27,412 nucleotides of DNA, taken from IMG/VR virus record IMGVR_UViG_3300014613_000090, positions 1-27,412 of that record. One strand, given 5' to 3'. This document shows, one piece after another, positions 24,873-27,412 of this stretch (position 1 is its first letter; every line of letters starts with the position of its first letter). Position numbers and translations under genes: made by a program. The stretch is from a virus (lineage: Duplodnaviria; Caudoviricetes). The notes beneath the pieces were generated by a model. That model saw only the letters and a program-made list of their open reading frames with translations, ran no database searches and was not told where the DNA came from.

Positions 24873-26390
24873 CTATCGACCATATCCTTTAAAGGTTGCA
24901 TAATACTTATCCCGAAGTTCATTTAGTATACTATCCAAAGTAACCCCAGTTTTTATAATTGGGTCCTCCTGTTCGTATACCGGAAAACGAGATAAGTTAA
25001 TAGCACCAGCAAGAGCGTCCAAAGTATCTACGAACTTACTTCTTTCTATCCCTTGGTATTCAAGTAAGTCCTGTTCAAGCCCTACATGTGCATGGCTTAT
25101 ATAGATTTGACTATTAGCAAATCTTGGTTGAAGTGTGTTCTCTATTCTTGCTCCCTTAGATTGCCCATGTTTAGGATTATCTCCAGTTACGTTAAAGAAC
25201 ACTCCTGCCTTTGTCATCTCATCTCTTACTTGACGCTCAAGTTGCTTTTGATAACCCACTACTTCTATTCCAATGTTCTTTGTTTTGTATTCCTTAGCTA
25301 TCCTGAATAAATGCCCTACACAATCTGAAAGAGACATACCTTGTTCACGAACTACTTCAGCAACATAAATCTTTCTATTCTCTCCACAGAATATAACCAC
25401 GATTGCTGTGTGGCAAGCACGCTTATCATCTGAAGATGCTGGGTCTACATATGCATAGAACTCTCCTCTAATGTTAGGTAGAACATCCCAGTAATGTATA
25501 TAGTCCGGCTTAAACATCATTAGTTCTAAAGGAACAGGTTTAAGTAAGTACTGAGTTGAAAAGATATAAGGTCCTTGTCGTATCTTTAGTTTTGCAAGAC
25601 CCTCGGCACCAAACCTAGATGGGTAGATGGGTTCACCCTCATCTACCATTTCACCATTTACCTTGTGGTATATATTCTGTTCGTATATTTTAAAGAATGG
25701 TTCATTCTTTCGTATATGGTCTACAGTATCATTTGCACACCATCTAGTTGCAGCGTGGTACACAAAACCACCCTCAAGACTATCAAATAATGATGGTATT
25801 AATCTATGAAAGCCAATAGCTTTACTTATCTCCCCTTGAGAAGGGGCAAGTTCCCTATCTGATACATCATCCTTAGTTGCAGTTACTATGTCATCCTCAC
25901 CAATTCTGTCGTAATGCCGAGAAGGTAAGTTAGTAGATGTACCTGCTGCCTCAAACGTTCCCTCTCCTAGTCCAATCTTCGTTCGAGGTAAGGTTGCTGA
26001 GTCCTCAGTCCATCTATCTTTCCTGATATTTGGCATACGCTCTGGAAACAAGAACTGCAAAAGTTCATTTCGTTCAAACTGACTTCTAATCTTACGTAGA
26101 TGGTTAGACGCATTGGTCATACTATTACATACAATTAGATACCTTATATTTGGGTCTTTCATGGACAACCAAATTGGTAACGCAACTGACGTAAGTGTAG
26201 TTTTCAAAAACCCTCGAGGAAGTAATAACATCTTATCCTTGATTGTATCATCTGATAAGAAGTCACATATAGGAAGATGTACTTCCTTTATCATATAGTC
26301 GTAGCCTAAAATTCCTAAAGAAAAAAAGTAGAAGTTATTTAGAGATATCTTTTTTAGGTTGTCTATCTGTTCCTCTGTTAGTGGTGCCAC
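24873..26390 (-). CDS. terL: Terminase large subunit (505 aa)
   Basis: Walker A-like LLPRGFLKTT, Walker B-like HYDRIGEDD, ATRW, nuclease YVDPAS, IGIEVVGYQ, K..RI...L.P, DTLDALA. Confidence 0.93.
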   Translation of the reverse strand: MAPLTEEQIDNLKKISLNNFYFFSLGILGYDYMIKEVHLPICDFLSDDTIKDKMLLLPRGFLKTTLTSVALPIWLSMKDPNIRYLIVCNSMTNASNHLRKIRSQFERNELLQFLFPERMPNIRKDRWTEDSATLPRTKIGLGEGTFEAAGTSTNLPSRHYDRIGEDDIVTATKDDVSDRELAPSQGEISKAIGFHRLIPSLFDSLEGGFVYHAATRWCANDTVDHIRKNEPFFKIYEQNIYHKVNGEMVDEGEPIYPSRFGAEGLAKLKIRQGPYIFSTQYLLKPVPLELMMFKPDYIHYWDVLPNIRGEFYAYVDPASSDDKRACHTAIVVIFCGENRKIYVAEVVREQGMSLSDCVGHLFRIAKEYKTKNIGIEVVGYQKQLERQVRDEMTKAGVFFNVTGDNPKHGQSKGARIENTLQPRFANSQIYISHAHVGLEQDLLEYQGIERSKFVDTLDALAGAINLSRFPVYEQEDPIIKTGVTLDSILNELRDKYYATFKGYGR

Positions 26391-26838
26391 CTACGGTATC
26401 CTCCAAAGCTCTCCCTAAATTTTCTGCATCCTTTCCTTGCAGAATAAACGACAACCTTCTATTATCAATACTTACACCTTGCTTAGGTGCTCTACCATCC
26501 ATAGCAAGTAATTCCTTTGCAGATGTTTGAGATATACCTTCGTCCTTAGAATTAAGTAGACCTACCATCTTTTGTGCCGCAGGCAAAGCACCTTCTTTAA
26601 GTACTTGTGATACCGGGTCTGTTTCCCTAGCTGCAATTATCCTAACGGCTTCCATTCGTATTTCATCTTGCATTTTATTTTTTTCAGATATAAATATTTC
26701 TGAGCGGACTACCCTATCATATTGAGAAGCTGATATTCCAGACTGGTCAAGTATATACTGCCTTGTTTTACCTGCAAGGAGAGCACGCATAATTTGTCTA
26801 TGCCTTGAGTTCAGCTTTTTTACTACCACTGCTTTCAT
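26335..26838 (-). CDS. Putative terminase small subunit (167 aa from ATG 26838)
   Basis: AAGGAG RBS; N-terminal HTH-like LNSRHRQIMRALLAGKT...I....GIS; helical LL.S.DE.I...SA..LL..DG; overlaps the terL start. Confidence 0.65.
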   Translation of the reverse strand: MKAVVVKKLNSRHRQIMRALLAGKTRQYILDQSGISASQYDRVVRSEIFISEKNKMQDEIRMEAVRIIAARETDPVSQVLKEGALPAAQKMVGLLNSKDEGISQTSAKELLAMDGRAPKQGVSIDNRRLSFILQGKDAENLGRALEDTVGGTTNRGTDRQPKKDISK

Positions 26839-27028
26839 ATATTGCTCCTTCCATAGTAAAATCCCCTGAGTGCTTTTCAAAAAAGATATCTCTTCTAAAT
26901 ATCATAGGCATGTATGCTCTATCAATGCATATGAAGTCAAGAGTGTTAAAAAATTCTAAAATTTTTTTATCCAGCTCCTCATCTACTTCAGGGCTTTTAT
27001 AAGTTACCTGCAATCTTGATACTGACAT
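26798..27028 (-). CDS. Hypothetical protein (76 aa), first gene of the leftward operon
   Basis: AAGGAGG RBS and ATG. Confidence 0.6.
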   Translation of the reverse strand: MSVSRLQVTYKSPEVDEELDKKILEFFNTLDFICIDRAYMPMIFRRDIFFEKHSGDFTMEGAIYESSGSKKAELKA

Positions 27029-27083
27029 AATAATTTTCCTCCTTTTATTATATTCGTAAAATCAATTTTTTTATTTAAAAATT

Positions 27084-27176
27084 TTGATTGATTTTATAAT
27101 TATCTACTTACATATATATTATACTATGATATTTTAAAATGTAAAGTAGGCAATTTTACTTGATTGATTTTATAAT
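27084..27176. repeat. 17-bp exact direct repeat TTGATTGATTTTATAAT (27084-27100 and 27160-27176) containing the palindrome half-site
   Basis: Read directly; ATTGATTTTA equals the right arm of the 23-bp motif; an inverted half-site GTAAAATCAAT lies at 27056-27066. Confidence 0.7.
27118..27145 (-). promoter_or_regulatory. Candidate leftward sigma70-type promoter (TTTACA-N16-TATAAT)
   Basis: -35 at 27145-27140 and -10 at 27123-27118, between the two 17-bp repeats; the AT-rich context weakens the call. Confidence 0.4.
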
Positions 27177-27310
27177 GTGCAAGTAACATGTTAATGCAAG
27201 TAAAATTTGTGAGATTTAGTAAAGCAAGCCATGTATAGATATATATAGGGTATACGTGGGGGGTTGGTGCATACTTGCATATACATGCATGCTTGCATAT
27301 AATATAATAC

Positions 27311-27339
27311 TTGACAATTATATAATAGTATGATATAAT
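27311..27339 (+). promoter_or_regulatory. Consensus rightward sigma70/sigmaA promoter TTGACA-N17-TATAAT with extended -10 TG
   Basis: TTGACA 27311-27316, TG 27331-27332, TATAAT 27334-27339. Confidence 0.75.
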
Positions 27340-27374
27340 ATATAAGTAAAATATAATATAATACTTACAATATA

Positions 27375-27412
27375 TAAGCAAGTAAGCAAGTAAGCAAGTA
27401 AGCAAGTAAGCA
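27375..27412. repeat. Tandem repeat (TAAGCAAG)x>=4.75, running off the window edge
   Basis: Read directly; perfect 8-bp period. Confidence 0.9.

Noticed and set aside
10-27002. Numerous plus-strand ORFs in the track (e.g. 10-324, 1279-1638, 1909-2280, 14730-15158, 20910-21461, 23548-23931)
   Set aside because: All are antisense to well-supported minus-strand genes, have Ser/Ile/Phe-rich shadow composition and show no recognisable motifs.
27124-27405. 93-aa minus-strand ORF
   Set aside because: It translates low-complexity AT-rich repeat and promoter DNA (Y/I-rich) and has no RBS.
27375-27412. Possible CRISPR array
   Set aside because: The 8-bp units are contiguous with no spacers; this is a simple tandem repeat.
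1-27412. tRNA/rRNA genes, integrase, transposase, introns or inteins, alternative genetic code
   Set aside because: None recognised. TerL, portal and MCP are of normal size and uninterrupted, and TAA, TAG and TGA all serve as gene ends.

Overview
The window is the complete packaging, head, tail and ejection (late) module of a short-tailed, podovirus-like dsDNA phage or prophage. All supportable genes lie on the minus strand with strong AGGAGG/GAGGTG Shine-Dalgarno sites. Read right to left, it contains an AT-rich divergent control region with a perfect sigma70 promoter and an 8-bp tandem repeat, then terminase small and large subunits, small ORFs, portal, FmdB-type zinc ribbon, scaffold, major capsid and two decoration-like proteins. 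These are followed by a fibre/adaptor cluster, a LapG/BTLCP-like cysteine protease, a lysis cassette (YvrJ-like membrane protein, M15A peptidase, holin-like protein), a tail nozzle-like protein and an FN3-repeat protein. The left end holds internal virion proteins, ending in a >=1179-aa polyvalent protein (ART-like and HEXXH domains) that the ORF track missed because it runs off the left edge. The most unusual signal is that five genes in the virion fibre region, including three fibre-like proteins and a fibre-associated small protein, carry classical Sec signal peptides. One of them shares its C-terminal domain with a normal, signal-less tail-fibre gene. Other notable signals are a recurring 23-bp palindrome just upstream of late-gene RBSs, a start-less 92-codon frame reachable by -1 frameshift from the holin-like gene, and a possible anti-SD RNA switch after the capsid gene. 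All family calls come from motif recognition by eye, not from database searches.
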